Below, in pieces: positions 11,803-25,245 of a stretch of 64,000 nucleotides of DNA. Within the stretch, counting starts at the first letter, position 1, and each line of letters opens with the position of its first letter. Made by a program: the position numbers and the translations under genes. Source of the stretch: Planctomycetota bacterium (GTDB lineage Bacteria > Planctomycetota > UBA1135 > UBA2386); assembly GCA_046290465.1 (NCBI GenBank), contig JBKAGP010000001.1, forward strand, positions 32,001 to 96,000. Direction: 5' to 3'. The notes under the pieces are model-generated. The model did not search any database. It was given only the letters and a program-made list of their open reading frames with translations, and was not told the origin of the DNA.

Positions 11803-12002
11803 GTGGAAAGCGGACGTAAGTGGACCGTAATTCCCGCCCTGGGGCGAGCGGGCCGGTCGTTTTGCACGCGGATGTTGGCGGAAGGTGCTTTTCAGGGCTA
11901 GCATTCGGCCCTGGCGTGCGCTGACGGGCGCCGCTCTCGTCCGCATCCCGGGATCGGTCAGACCGGGGCGGTGACGGGAGCGTTCGTCATGCCGTCCCGA
12001 TC

Positions 12003-12545
12003 ATGGATAACCCCGAACTAGTCGTCGTCGGACTCACCTGCAACGTGGTGGGCGTGTTCTTCCTGGCGAACTCGATCCGCTTCCGCGAGCCGCGGAAGGC
12101 GCTGCGCGATGCTTTGGGCGTCGCCGGCCGAAGCCTGCTGAAGGTGCGGGACACCGCGCTGAACAACATGCAGGTGATCATCGGATTCCTGTTCTTGACG
12201 ACCGGGTTCCTGCTCCAGATCGTCGCGCACTGGGACATGCGGCTGACCACGCTGCTGTCGTGCGCGGGCATCATCGCGTTCGCCGGCGCGGTCTACGCGA
12301 TCGGCGCCTACAGCAGCCGCCGCGCGTTCCGCCGCCTGCTGCGCGAGTTCTTCCAGAGCCAGGCGTGGTCGTTCCAGGACGACATGGAGCTGACCAAGGA
12401 GATCGGCGAGATCCTCGGGGTGCCGCACACCAAGGACATGACGGTCGAAGCCTACGTGCACCGCGTGCGCCAGGCGCTCGGCGTCAAGGAGCAGAAGTCG
12501 GGCGCCGCCGAGCGGGCCCGCCGCATCGCGCTGCCGGGCAGGTAG
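12003..12545 (+). CDS. Hypothetical membrane protein
   Basis: 180-aa ORF with three hydrophobic segments and typical codon usage. Confidence 0.75.
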   Translation: MDNPELVVVGLTCNVVGVFFLANSIRFREPRKALRDALGVAGRSLLKVRDTALNNMQVIIGFLFLTTGFLLQIVAHWDMRLTTLLSCAGIIAFAGAVYAIGAYSSRRAFRRLLREFFQSQAWSFQDDMELTKEIGEILGVPHTKDMTVEAYVHRVRQALGVKEQKSGAAERARRIALPGR

Positions 12546-12629
12546 CGCGCGCGTTCGGGCCCGGCCCGGGCATCGGCACCTCGCCGCGAACTTCGCGGCG
12601 CAGATTGCGCCGAGCGATGCCACCACGGT

Positions 12630-13355
12630 GTGCATCCGCTCTGGACCCCGCGCGTCCGCCGCTGCGCCCGCGATTTGGTGGGCGCCGGCCTCGACCTGTT
12701 GCTGCCGCCGGTCTGTCCCGCCTGCGGCGACGCGGCGCGCGGGCTGTGCCAACCGTGCCACCGGCAGCTGTCGCGCCGGCCCGAGCTCGGCTGCGTGCGC
12801 TGCGGCGACCCGGTGCTGGCGACGGCGCGCTGTGGCCGCCGTCACGACGACCTGCGCCGGGTCTCGCAGCTGGTGGCGCCGCTGCGGTTCGTCGGCACCG
12901 GCGGGCGGCTGGTGCGGCGCTTCAAGCTCGACGGGGACGCGACGGCCGGGCGCCTGCTGGCGCGCGAGATGGCCGACGCCTGGCGCGTGGCCGGCCGGAT
13001 GCCGCGGCCGCTGCTTGTGCCGGTGCCGCTGCACCGCGCGCGGCTGCGGCGACGCGGCTTCGACCAGGCGCGCTGGCTGGCTTCGGGCGTCGCCGAACGG
13101 CTGCGCCTGCGCGCGCTGGCCGGCGTGCTGGCCAGGGTGCGGGCGACCAGGCCGCAGGGTGACCCCCTGGTGCGTTCGCGCGCCGACAACGTGCGCGGCG
13201 CGTTCGCGGTCCGGCGTCCGAAGGCGATCCGTGGGCGCGACGTGCTGCTGGTCGACGACGTGTTCACGACCGGGGCGACCGCGCGCGCCTGCGCCGGCAT
13301 CCTGCGCGAGGCCGGTGCGCGCTCGGTGTCGCTACTGGTGGCGTGCCGGAGCTGA
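12630..13355 (+). CDS. comF: ComF family double zinc ribbon/phosphoribosyltransferase protein
   Basis: CPAC/CQPC/CVRC zinc ribbon, VPVPLHRARLRRRGFDQA and LLVDDVFTTGAT. Confidence 0.88.
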   Translation: MHPLWTPRVRRCARDLVGAGLDLLLPPVCPACGDAARGLCQPCHRQLSRRPELGCVRCGDPVLATARCGRRHDDLRRVSQLVAPLRFVGTGGRLVRRFKLDGDATAGRLLAREMADAWRVAGRMPRPLLVPVPLHRARLRRRGFDQARWLASGVAERLRLRALAGVLARVRATRPQGDPLVRSRADNVRGAFAVRRPKAIRGRDVLLVDDVFTTGATARACAGILREAGARSVSLLVACRS

Positions 13356-14717
13356 GCGCAGCCGTTCGATGCCGCAGCCGATCGCGAACGCGGCGATCGC
13401 GGCGGCGAGCGAGGTCATGTACGGGTGCGGGATCGCGTCCGGCAGCAGGTGGCGGCCGGTCACCCAGACCCCGAGGCCGGCCAGCAGGGTCAGGTTGGCG
13501 GCGAGGCTGCGGCCGCGGCGGCCGTAGAGGCCGACGCACGCCAGCACGAACACGCCGGCGCTGCCGAAGCCCGAGGCCTCCTCGACCAGGTCGGCCACGT
13601 TCCAGTCCGAACTCGCCAGCAGGTAGGCGGCGAGGCCGCCGCCGACGACGCTCCAGCGCGCCAGCCGCAGGCGGCCGACGGCGGGGTCGTGGGCGGCGCT
13701 GCGTGGCGTCAGGTTGCGGGCCACCAGCGACGACACGACCAGCAGGCAGCTGTCGACCGTCGACAGGATCGCAGCGATCAGCGCGCCGGCGAACACCACG
13801 TTGAGCGCGGTCGGGAGCAGTTCGCGGCTCAGCTGCGGCAGGATGCTCTCGGGGTCGACCAGGTCGGGCAGGAAGCGCGGCCCGACGGCGCCGATCGCCA
13901 GCGGGATCACGCCGACCGCGATGTAGATGGCGCCGCCGGTGATCGCGGCCCGGCGCGCGACCGAGGCGCTGCGGGCCGCGAGCGAGCGCGAGACGACCTC
14001 CTGCGCGACCACCGAGCCGCAGATCGGGATCGCCCACTCCTCGAACTGGGCGAACCAGCCGGACGGCGTGGGTGGGGGAGCGGCAGGTGCGGTCGCGACG
14101 GCGGCGGCTGCGTCGTCGGGCGGCAGGTTCCACCAGACGGCGACGGCCAGCGCGGCCAGGCCGAGCAGCAACGCGCCGCACTGCACGACGTCGGTGTAGA
14201 CGTCGGCGAGCAGGCCACCGGCGACCGTGTAGACGATGGCGATGGCGGCGGCGATCGCGATCGCGGTTTCGACGCCGAGCAGGCCGTCGGAGTTGACCGC
14301 CACGACCTGCCCGAAGGCGCGGATCTGGGCGGCCGCCCACAACAGCGACGACGGCAGCAGCAGCGCAGCGGCCAGCCGTTCGCTCGAAGGGCCGAAGCGG
14401 CGCGACAGGAAGTCGGCCATCGTCGTGATCCGCAGCCGCCACAGCCGGGCCGAGAAGAACAGGCCGGTCAGGACCAGGCACAGGCCGTAGGCGAACGGTT
14501 CCGGGGCGTTCCAGGTCCAGCCGGTGCCGTAGGCGGCGCCGGCCGCACCGACGCAGCTCTCGGCGCCGAACCAGGTCGCGAAGATGCTGGTCGCCGCCAG
14601 CGCAGGACCCAGGCTGCGGCCGGCGACCAGGAAGTCGTCCTCGCTGCGGATCTGGCGCAGGGCCCACAGTGCCACCGCAAGTTGCACGGCGACAAAGGCG
14701 AACAGCAGGAGCAGCAC
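13332..14717 (-). CDS. Sodium:solute symporter family protein
   Basis: DFLVAGRSLG, FATWFGAE, TMADFLSRRFG, GGLLADVYTD and AAILSTVDS; probable GTG start at 14717. Confidence 0.9.
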   Translation of the reverse strand: MLLLLFAFVAVQLAVALWALRQIRSEDDFLVAGRSLGPALAATSIFATWFGAESCVGAAGAAYGTGWTWNAPEPFAYGLCLVLTGLFFSARLWRLRITTMADFLSRRFGPSSERLAAALLLPSSLLWAAAQIRAFGQVVAVNSDGLLGVETAIAIAAAIAIVYTVAGGLLADVYTDVVQCGALLLGLAALAVAVWWNLPPDDAAAAVATAPAAPPPTPSGWFAQFEEWAIPICGSVVAQEVVSRSLAARSASVARRAAITGGAIYIAVGVIPLAIGAVGPRFLPDLVDPESILPQLSRELLPTALNVVFAGALIAAILSTVDSCLLVVSSLVARNLTPRSAAHDPAVGRLRLARWSVVGGGLAAYLLASSDWNVADLVEEASGFGSAGVFVLACVGLYGRRGRSLAANLTLLAGLGVWVTGRHLLPDAIPHPYMTSLAAAIAAFAIGCGIERLRSAPARHQ

Positions 14718-14781
14718 GGCGCCTTGGTAGCGGACCAGGGCGCAGGAGCAAGGCCTTGCGGCCGGGCGGGGGCCGAGCCGA

Positions 14782-14837
14782 CAAAAAAAGAGCACGTGGG
14801 CTTGACGTTCTCGGCTGGCTCGCTACCTTCTCTCGCC
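14782..14837 (+). promoter_or_regulatory. rRNA operon sigma70 promoter
   Basis: A-tract (UP-like), TTGACG at 14802-14807, 16-bp spacer, TACCTT at 14824-14829 and a GC-rich discriminator; boxA-like GATCTTTGGCA at about 14871. Confidence 0.75.
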
Positions 14838-15075
14838 GCCGTGAGCGAGCGCAAGCCGCCCAGGGGGAACGATCTTTGGCATTCTGGGTGGCCTCGAAAG
14901 TAAGCGTGTGAGCTTATTGAGGTTGGTTCTCGCGGTTTCCGGCGCTTGCGTCGGGCAGCGGGGACCGGCAAGCCGCTCATGCTCGGAATGCGGTGGGATG
15001 CATCAGCATCTTGTCGTTCGGGTGTGAGTTAGCGACAAAGCCAAAGAGAATGACCCTGTGTTGTTCAACGAACAT

Positions 15076-16633
<1,558 letters not shown>

Positions 16634-16816
16634 TAAGGAACCTTGTCGGTGGACCTCTAATCCACCGATAACCACAGGGGCTTGCACGCTCTTCTCGAGG
16701 CCACCCTATTTTCTTCTCTCTCGGACTGTTCGCAGACGAGTCAGCAGAGCTGCCAGCGCGGACGAGGTTCGTGCCAGGCGCCAGGTGACGAGTCGGCGAT
16801 CGGCCGACCGCAGCCT

Positions 16817-16893
16817 TGGCCTATAGCTCAGCTGGTTAGAGCGTACGCCTGATAAGCGTAAGGTCGGTGGTTCGAATCCACCTAGGCCAACCA
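16817..16893 (+). tRNA. tRNA-Ile(GAT)
   Basis: Cloverleaf with acceptor stem TGGCCTA/TAGGCCA, anticodon loop CTGATAA, TTCGAAT and encoded CCA. Confidence 0.97.
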
Positions 16894-16917
16894 TTCTGCG
16901 GCCTCTCCGCTCACGGC

Positions 16918-16993
16918 GGGGACGTAGCTCAATTGGTAGAGCACCTGCTTTGCAAGCAGGAAGTTGTGGGTTCAAGTCCCGTCGTCTCCACCA
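16918..16993 (+). tRNA. tRNA-Ala(TGC)
   Basis: Acceptor stem GGGGACG/CGTCTCC with G3:U70, anticodon loop TTTGCAA and encoded CCA. Confidence 0.97.
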
Positions 16994-17107
16994 GTTCGGA
17001 GCGCCTGATGCAGCTTGCTGGTCGGCAAATTGCTGGTCAGGAGCGAGAGAGATGGAAGCGAACACGACGCGTTCGGTTCGAGCGAAAGCTCACCGTGCGA
17101 GTCGACG

Positions 17108-17119
17108 TGCTCTTTGACA
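17108..17119 (+). promoter_or_regulatory. Spacer boxA antitermination element
   Basis: TGCTCTTTGACA just upstream of the 23S gene (consensus TGCTCTTTAACA). Confidence 0.8.
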
Positions 17120-17166
17120 AGTAGGGTTGGTGGAACGAGATCGTCGAGGATCTCGAGTGAGAATCA

Positions 17167-20071
<2,905 letters not shown>

Positions 20072-20183
20072 TCATTTTCACTCGCTGGCAGCAGCAGCTG
20101 CAGATTCTCGACGACTCGTTCCACCAACCCTTCTTATCTCCTCGCGGAGGCAGCTCGACTGTCCGCCGCGTGGACAAGCGCCT

Positions 20184-20290
20184 CCCGGTGCCCATACCAG
20201 ACTGGAAATACCCGTTCCCTTTCCGAACACGGCAGTCAAGCAGTCTGGGCCGATGATAGTGCTATGCGCGAAAGTAGGTCAGTGCCGGGT
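20184..20290 (+). rRNA. rrf: 5S rRNA (short, about 107 nt)
   Basis: CCCGG...CCGGG terminal stem, CCGTTCCCTTTCCGAACACGG and GCGAAAGTAGGTC. Confidence 0.92.
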
Positions 20291-20299
20291 CATTCTTCC

Positions 20300-20343
20300 A
20301 ACAGCTCCGTCGTCCGTCAGGACGGCGGAGCTGTTTTCATTTG
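20300..20343 (+). terminator. rrn intrinsic terminator
   Basis: AACAGCTCCGTCGTCC-GTCA-GGACGGCGGAGCTGTT followed by TTCATTT. Confidence 0.9.
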
Positions 20344-20351
20344 TGGGCCAC

Positions 20352-20494
20352 GTCAGCAAGGCGAGGTCAGCAAGGCCAGAGCAGCAAGGACGGTCCGCGT
20401 TGTGTGGTCAGCTAGGCCTGATCAGCTGGTTCTGGTCAGCTAAGCTCGGTCAGCTTTGGCCAGCTCAGCGACGGTCAGCTCAGCGACGGCCAGG
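20352..20494. repeat. Degenerate tandem repeat, about 14-bp period (GTCAGC core)
   Basis: Core or variant at 20352, 20366, 20380, 20393, 20407, 20421, 20435, 20449, 20459, 20474 and 20489. Confidence 0.75.
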
Positions 20495-20591
20495 CCGGCG
20501 GCGTCCAGGTCCGGCGGGCGGCTCCGGCTCGGGACACGTCCGTCGGCCGCGCCATTTACGGACGCGGCCTCGACCTCTAACGTCCCTGGCA

Positions 20592-21362
20592 ATGAGCGAC
20601 GGCGCGCGGATGCCTGGGGTGCCCGAGGCACGCACGGACCCGGTCCTGCGTCGCTATCCCCTGCGCCGAGTGCGCCTTCCTGTCGGACAGGGCCAGCTGT
20701 CGCTGGTGGTTCCGGATGAACGCGCGTGGATGCGCGAGGGCACGTGGGCCCCTTCGGTCGTGCTCGGCAAGGAGCCTCCGTACTGGATCCGGATCTGGCC
20801 GGCCGCGCTGGCGACGGCGCGCGCGGTGCAGCGGGTCACGGATCTCGGTCAGGCGTCGGTTCTCGACCTCGGCTGCGGGCTCGGGATTCCTGGTGTGCTG
20901 GCGGCTGCGGGCGGTGCGAAGGTCACGTTCGCCGATCTGGAGCCGGACGCGCTGGCGTTTGCGTGCTGGAACGGCCGAATCCAGCCCGGTCGGCGATGCG
21001 ATCCAACAGGAGTGGCGTTGGATTGGGCACAGGGGCTCGTGCCCGGTTCGTTCGACCTGCTGCTGCTGTCCGACGTCAGTTACCACCACAAGCACCATGC
21101 TCCACTGCGGCGCCACCTCGAGCATGCCCTGGCTGCGGATGGTGCGGCGCTGCATGCCGATCCGCACCGGGACCTGGCCTCGCGGTTCCTGCAGCAGTTG
21201 CCCGAACCGTTCGTCACGGCGAGCTGGACGCGGCCGACGCTGTGCCAGGACCGGCGCGCGGATGTGCGCCTGACGTTGATCTCCCGCGGCCGCAGCCTGC
21301 TCGACCGCTGGCGCGCCCGCTTCGCCGTTCCCTCCGACAAAGGTCCCGCCGCTGGCGCGTGA
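20592..21362 (+). CDS. Class I SAM-dependent methyltransferase (METTL21/ETF-beta lysine methyltransferase-like)
   Basis: PPYWIRIWPAA, VLDLGCGLG, LDW and FDLLLLSDVSY motifs. Confidence 0.85.
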   Translation: MSDGARMPGVPEARTDPVLRRYPLRRVRLPVGQGQLSLVVPDERAWMREGTWAPSVVLGKEPPYWIRIWPAALATARAVQRVTDLGQASVLDLGCGLGIPGVLAAAGGAKVTFADLEPDALAFACWNGRIQPGRRCDPTGVALDWAQGLVPGSFDLLLLSDVSYHHKHHAPLRRHLEHALAADGAALHADPHRDLASRFLQQLPEPFVTASWTRPTLCQDRRADVRLTLISRGRSLLDRWRARFAVPSDKGPAAGA

Positions 21363-21439
21363 ATCCCCACGCGGCCGAACCGACGAAGAACGCGGGGCGC
21401 AACCGTCGGTGATCCACCTGCTGCGTCTCGCCCGACCCC

Positions 21440-22546
21440 ATGACCGTGCAACTCGAGAACGTCACCATCCGCTACGGCGAGTTCGTCGCGGTCGACGATT
21501 TGAGCGTCACCTTCGAGCAGGGCTCGGTGGGGCTGCTCGGCCGCAACGGTGCCGGCAAGAGCTCCGTACTCAAGTCGCTGCTCGGGCTGGTCCGCCCGGC
21601 GGCCGGCACAATGCGCTTCCGGGACCTTCCCCCCGACGCATCGCCGGCGGAGATCCGTGGCCACGTCGGCTACATGCCCGAGCGTGACGCCCACCTGCCG
21701 CAGGCCTCGGCGTTCGAGATGGTCAGCCTGCTCGGCATGCTCAGCGGCCTGCCGCGTCGGGACGCGTGGCGCCGCGCCCATGAAGTGCTCTACCTGGTCG
21801 GCCTCGAGGAGCAGCGCTACCGCCCGGTCTCCGGCTACAGCGCCGGCATGCGGCAGAAAGCCAAGCTCGCGTCGGCGCTGGTGCACGATCCGCAGGTGCT
21901 GTTCCTCGACGAACCGACCAACGGGCTCGACCCCGCCGGCCGCCGCGAGATGCTCGGACTGGTCCGCCAGCTGAGTCGGGACCTCGGCAAGTCGGTCGTG
22001 TTCTCGACGCACATCCTGCAGGACGTCGAGGCGGTCTGCGATTCGGCGGTCGTCATGGAGCGAGGGCGCGTCGCCGCACAGGGCGACCTGCAGGAGCTGA
22101 CTGCAGGCGCGGATCGCCAGTTCCGCCTGCGCATCGACCCGACGGCCACCAACGTGCTGGCAGTGCTCGCCGAGCGGTGGCGTGCCGAGTCGCTCGGTGA
22201 CGGCCACTACGCGGTCTGGCTCCCCGAAGACGCGCCAACCAACGGCGTCTTCGAGGCCGTTCGCGGTGCCGGCGCGCGAGTGCGCAGCTTCACGCTCAAG
22301 CGACGCTCGCTCGAGGAGGTGTTCTTGAGCGCGGTGCGCGAACAGCCTGCGGCCACCAACGCCGGTGCCCACAACGGCGGCGCCGCCGCCCCCGATGTCG
22401 CCAACGCCACCGCAGCCGACGCCACCGCAGCCAACCCCACCGCAGCCAACCCCACCGTCGCCAAACCCACCGCAGCCGACGCCGACGCTGCCAGCCGCGA
22501 CCCAGAACGTCCCGGTGCCGTCGACGACCACGAGGCCGATCGATGA
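21440..22546 (+). CDS. ABC transporter ATP-binding protein with low-complexity tail
   Basis: GRNGAGKS, YSAGMRQK and LFLDEPTNGLD; 15-bp repeat tail. Confidence 0.93.
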   Translation: MTVQLENVTIRYGEFVAVDDLSVTFEQGSVGLLGRNGAGKSSVLKSLLGLVRPAAGTMRFRDLPPDASPAEIRGHVGYMPERDAHLPQASAFEMVSLLGMLSGLPRRDAWRRAHEVLYLVGLEEQRYRPVSGYSAGMRQKAKLASALVHDPQVLFLDEPTNGLDPAGRREMLGLVRQLSRDLGKSVVFSTHILQDVEAVCDSAVVMERGRVAAQGDLQELTAGADRQFRLRIDPTATNVLAVLAERWRAESLGDGHYAVWLPEDAPTNGVFEAVRGAGARVRSFTLKRRSLEEVFLSAVREQPAATNAGAHNGGAAAPDVANATAADATAANPTAANPTVAKPTAADADAASRDPERPGAVDDHEADR

Positions 22547-23442
22547 GTCAGGCCCTGCACTACCGACCGCTGTCCTGCCAGCGGGTCACCGGGTTCGCGC
22601 GGCTGTGGCCGCTCGCGCGTCAGGAGATGACGGCGCTGTTCCGCACCAAGTGGGGCGTCGCGCTGTTCTTCGTCTGCCTGTTCCCGTCGCTCGGCCGGCT
22701 GGTGATGCTGCTGATCATGTTCGGCGTGGTCGACTTCGGGCCGCGCGGCCTGCGCGACCGGATGAGCCAGAACCTGCCGCCCAACCTCGACCACCTCAAC
22801 CCCGAACGCGCCGCGTTCTATTTCGAGACCGCGCTGAGCACGATGCCGGGCATGGTGTTCTTCTTGATGCTCACCTCGATGTCGGTCGCGCGCAGCATCG
22901 CCCGCGACCGCGCCACCAACGGCCTCGAACTGTATTGGACCCGCGGCATCTCGCCGTGGGGCTACGTGTTCGCCAAGTGGCTCGGCGGCTTCCTGATCAC
23001 GGCGACGCTGACCGTGCTGATGCCGCTGCTGCTGTGGATCGCCGCAGGCTTCCTCGCCGAGGACTGGACCCTGCTGGCCGACACCTCCGGCCAGGTCGTC
23101 ATCGGCCTGCTCGGACTCGTCATCATGACGGCGATCTGGACCGGCATCGGCACGCTGCTCAGCGCCGTGGCCAACAGCGCCAACCTCGCGATGGTGATGT
23201 GGGCGATGCTGCTGGTCGGCAGCTCGGCGATCGGCTTCGTGTTGTCGAAGGCGCTGCGCGAACCGGAGCTGCGCTCGTGCCTCTCGTTCTGGGACGCCGG
23301 CCGCGTCGTGGTCCGCGACCTCGCGTCGCTGCCGCAGCGCGACGTCTCGGTGTTCGGCGCCTACGCGATGCTGGTGACCGTCGCGACCGTGCTGGTCGTG
23401 CTGGCGCAGCGGCGCATGCGGGTGGTGGAGGCGCTCCAGTGA
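22543..23442 (+). CDS. ABC-2 type permease
   Basis: About 6 TM; IARDRATNGLELYWTRGISPWGYVFAKW; ATGA overlap with the upstream gene. Confidence 0.85.
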   Translation: MSQALHYRPLSCQRVTGFARLWPLARQEMTALFRTKWGVALFFVCLFPSLGRLVMLLIMFGVVDFGPRGLRDRMSQNLPPNLDHLNPERAAFYFETALSTMPGMVFFLMLTSMSVARSIARDRATNGLELYWTRGISPWGYVFAKWLGGFLITATLTVLMPLLLWIAAGFLAEDWTLLADTSGQVVIGLLGLVIMTAIWTGIGTLLSAVANSANLAMVMWAMLLVGSSAIGFVLSKALREPELRSCLSFWDAGRVVVRDLASLPQRDVSVFGAYAMLVTVATVLVVLAQRRMRVVEALQ

Positions 23443-24362
23443 GCGACCCGCAAGCCATCCTGCAGTTCGAATCCGTGACCAAGTGGTACGGCTCGGTCGC
23501 CGCCCTGCTCGACGTCTCGTTCGACGTGCGCACCGAGGTCGTCGGCCTGGTCGGCAAGAACGGCGTCGGCAAGTCGACGTTGATGAAGCTGGCGGTCGGC
23601 CTGCTGCGGCCGAGCCAGGGTCGGGTCGTCGTCTGCGGCCATCCGTCGCAGTCGATCGACGCGCGCGCCCGGATCGGCTTCTGTCCCGACTTCGATCGCC
23701 TCTACGAGCCGCTCTCCGGCGTGCAGTTCGTCGCCTGGATGCTGCGCTACCACGGCTACGGCGGCCGCGCCGCCAGAGAACGCGCCGAGCAGGTGCTGGC
23801 CGAGCTCGGCCTCGCCGAGAACATGCGCCGGCCGATCCGCGAATACAGCAAGGGCATGCGCCAGCGGGTGCGCCTCGGCCAGGCGCTCGCGCACGGCCCG
23901 AGCTTCGTGCTGCTCGACGAGCCGATGACCGGCCTCGACCCGGTCGCACGCGCCGAGCTGTCCGAGCACATCCGCGAATTGCCCCGCCGCGGCGTCGGCG
24001 TACTGGTCTCGAGCCACGTGCTGCACGAACTCGAGGCCGTCGTCGACCGCGTCGTGCTGGTGCACCAGGGCCGCCTGCTCGCCGACGGCAAGATCCACGA
24101 ACTGCGCGACAAGCTGCCCGAACGGCCGCACCGCCTACGCCTGCGCGGCGCGCGCCCGCGCGAACTCGCCGCCGAGTTGACCGGCTGGCCGCAGGTCGAG
24201 GGCCTCGCGATCCACGACGACCAGGTCGAGGTCTCGTTGCTCGGCCAGGGCGACTTCTACGACCGGTTGACGGCGCTCTGCGCGACCTGGCAGGGCGGGG
24301 TGCACGAGGTCGCGCCGCTCGACGACGACCTGGCGGCGGTGTTCGGATACCTGGTGGAGTGA
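23439..24362 (+). CDS. ABC transporter ATP-binding protein
   Basis: GKNGVGKST, YSKGMRQR and LLDEPMTGLD; GTGA overlap. Confidence 0.93.
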   Translation: MSDPQAILQFESVTKWYGSVAALLDVSFDVRTEVVGLVGKNGVGKSTLMKLAVGLLRPSQGRVVVCGHPSQSIDARARIGFCPDFDRLYEPLSGVQFVAWMLRYHGYGGRAARERAEQVLAELGLAENMRRPIREYSKGMRQRVRLGQALAHGPSFVLLDEPMTGLDPVARAELSEHIRELPRRGVGVLVSSHVLHELEAVVDRVVLVHQGRLLADGKIHELRDKLPERPHRLRLRGARPRELAAELTGWPQVEGLAIHDDQVEVSLLGQGDFYDRLTALCATWQGGVHEVAPLDDDLAAVFGYLVE

Positions 24363-24366
24363 CGCG

Positions 24367-25245
24367 ATGACGACGACCCGACCGATGCCCACCGCACCCG
24401 CCCGGATCGGATCGCTGCGCACGCTGCTCGAGTCGGCGCGGCAGACGATCCTGATGCTGCGCCATCGGCGCGTGTTCTGGTACGTGCCGATCGCGCTGGT
24501 GCTGCTGTTCGCGTTCGCGTTCGTGGTCTCCGGCCGCGCCCACGACTCGGTCGACGGCGCCCACCTCTACTGCGTGATCGCCTGGTGGGGGCTCGGCACC
24601 GTGATCGTGCCGTGGACCACGCTCTACCTCGGGGTGCAGGCGGTGCACGGCGAGATCGAGGACCGCACCAGCCAGTACCTGTTCCTGCGTCCGGTGCACC
24701 GGGTGCCGCTGCTGCTCGGCAAGTGGCTGGCGGTGTCGCTGGTCGCGAGCCTGATCGCGTGCGGCGGCGCGGCGGCGCTGTTCGCCGGCGTCGGCGGCCA
24801 CCCGGACATGTGGCTCGACGGCCGCGATCCGGCGCTGCTGGCCACCTACTGCCAGGTCCTGTGCCTCGGCGTCGTCGCCTACGCCGCCACCGCGATGCTG
24901 TTCGGCGCCATGTTCCGCCGACCGCTGGCGTGGGCGGCGTTCTTCGTCGTCGGCGTGCAGATGCTGGCCGCCAACCTGCCGGTTTCGGCGGGCATGCGGC
25001 GCCTGACCATCACCGACCCGCTGCGTCGGGTGCTGCTCGACCAGCTCGAGCCGAGCCGGAAGCTGGCCCGCGACCTGTGGCCGGCCGAACGCGGCGAGGC
25101 GCTCGAGGTCGACGAGCTGGCCGGTTCGTTCGAACTGGAGTTGGGCAGTCCGCTGATCGACCTGCTGATCTTCACCGGCGTCTGCCTCACACTGGGTGCG
25201 TGGCGCTACGCACGGACCGAGTACGAGTCGAGGAACCGCGATTGA
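24367..25245 (+). CDS. ABC-2 type permease
   Basis: EIEDRTSQYLFLRPVHRVPLLLGKW motif; multiple TM segments. Confidence 0.85.
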   Translation: MTTTRPMPTAPARIGSLRTLLESARQTILMLRHRRVFWYVPIALVLLFAFAFVVSGRAHDSVDGAHLYCVIAWWGLGTVIVPWTTLYLGVQAVHGEIEDRTSQYLFLRPVHRVPLLLGKWLAVSLVASLIACGGAAALFAGVGGHPDMWLDGRDPALLATYCQVLCLGVVAYAATAMLFGAMFRRPLAWAAFFVVGVQMLAANLPVSAGMRRLTITDPLRRVLLDQLEPSRKLARDLWPAERGEALEVDELAGSFELELGSPLIDLLIFTGVCLTLGAWRYARTEYESRNRD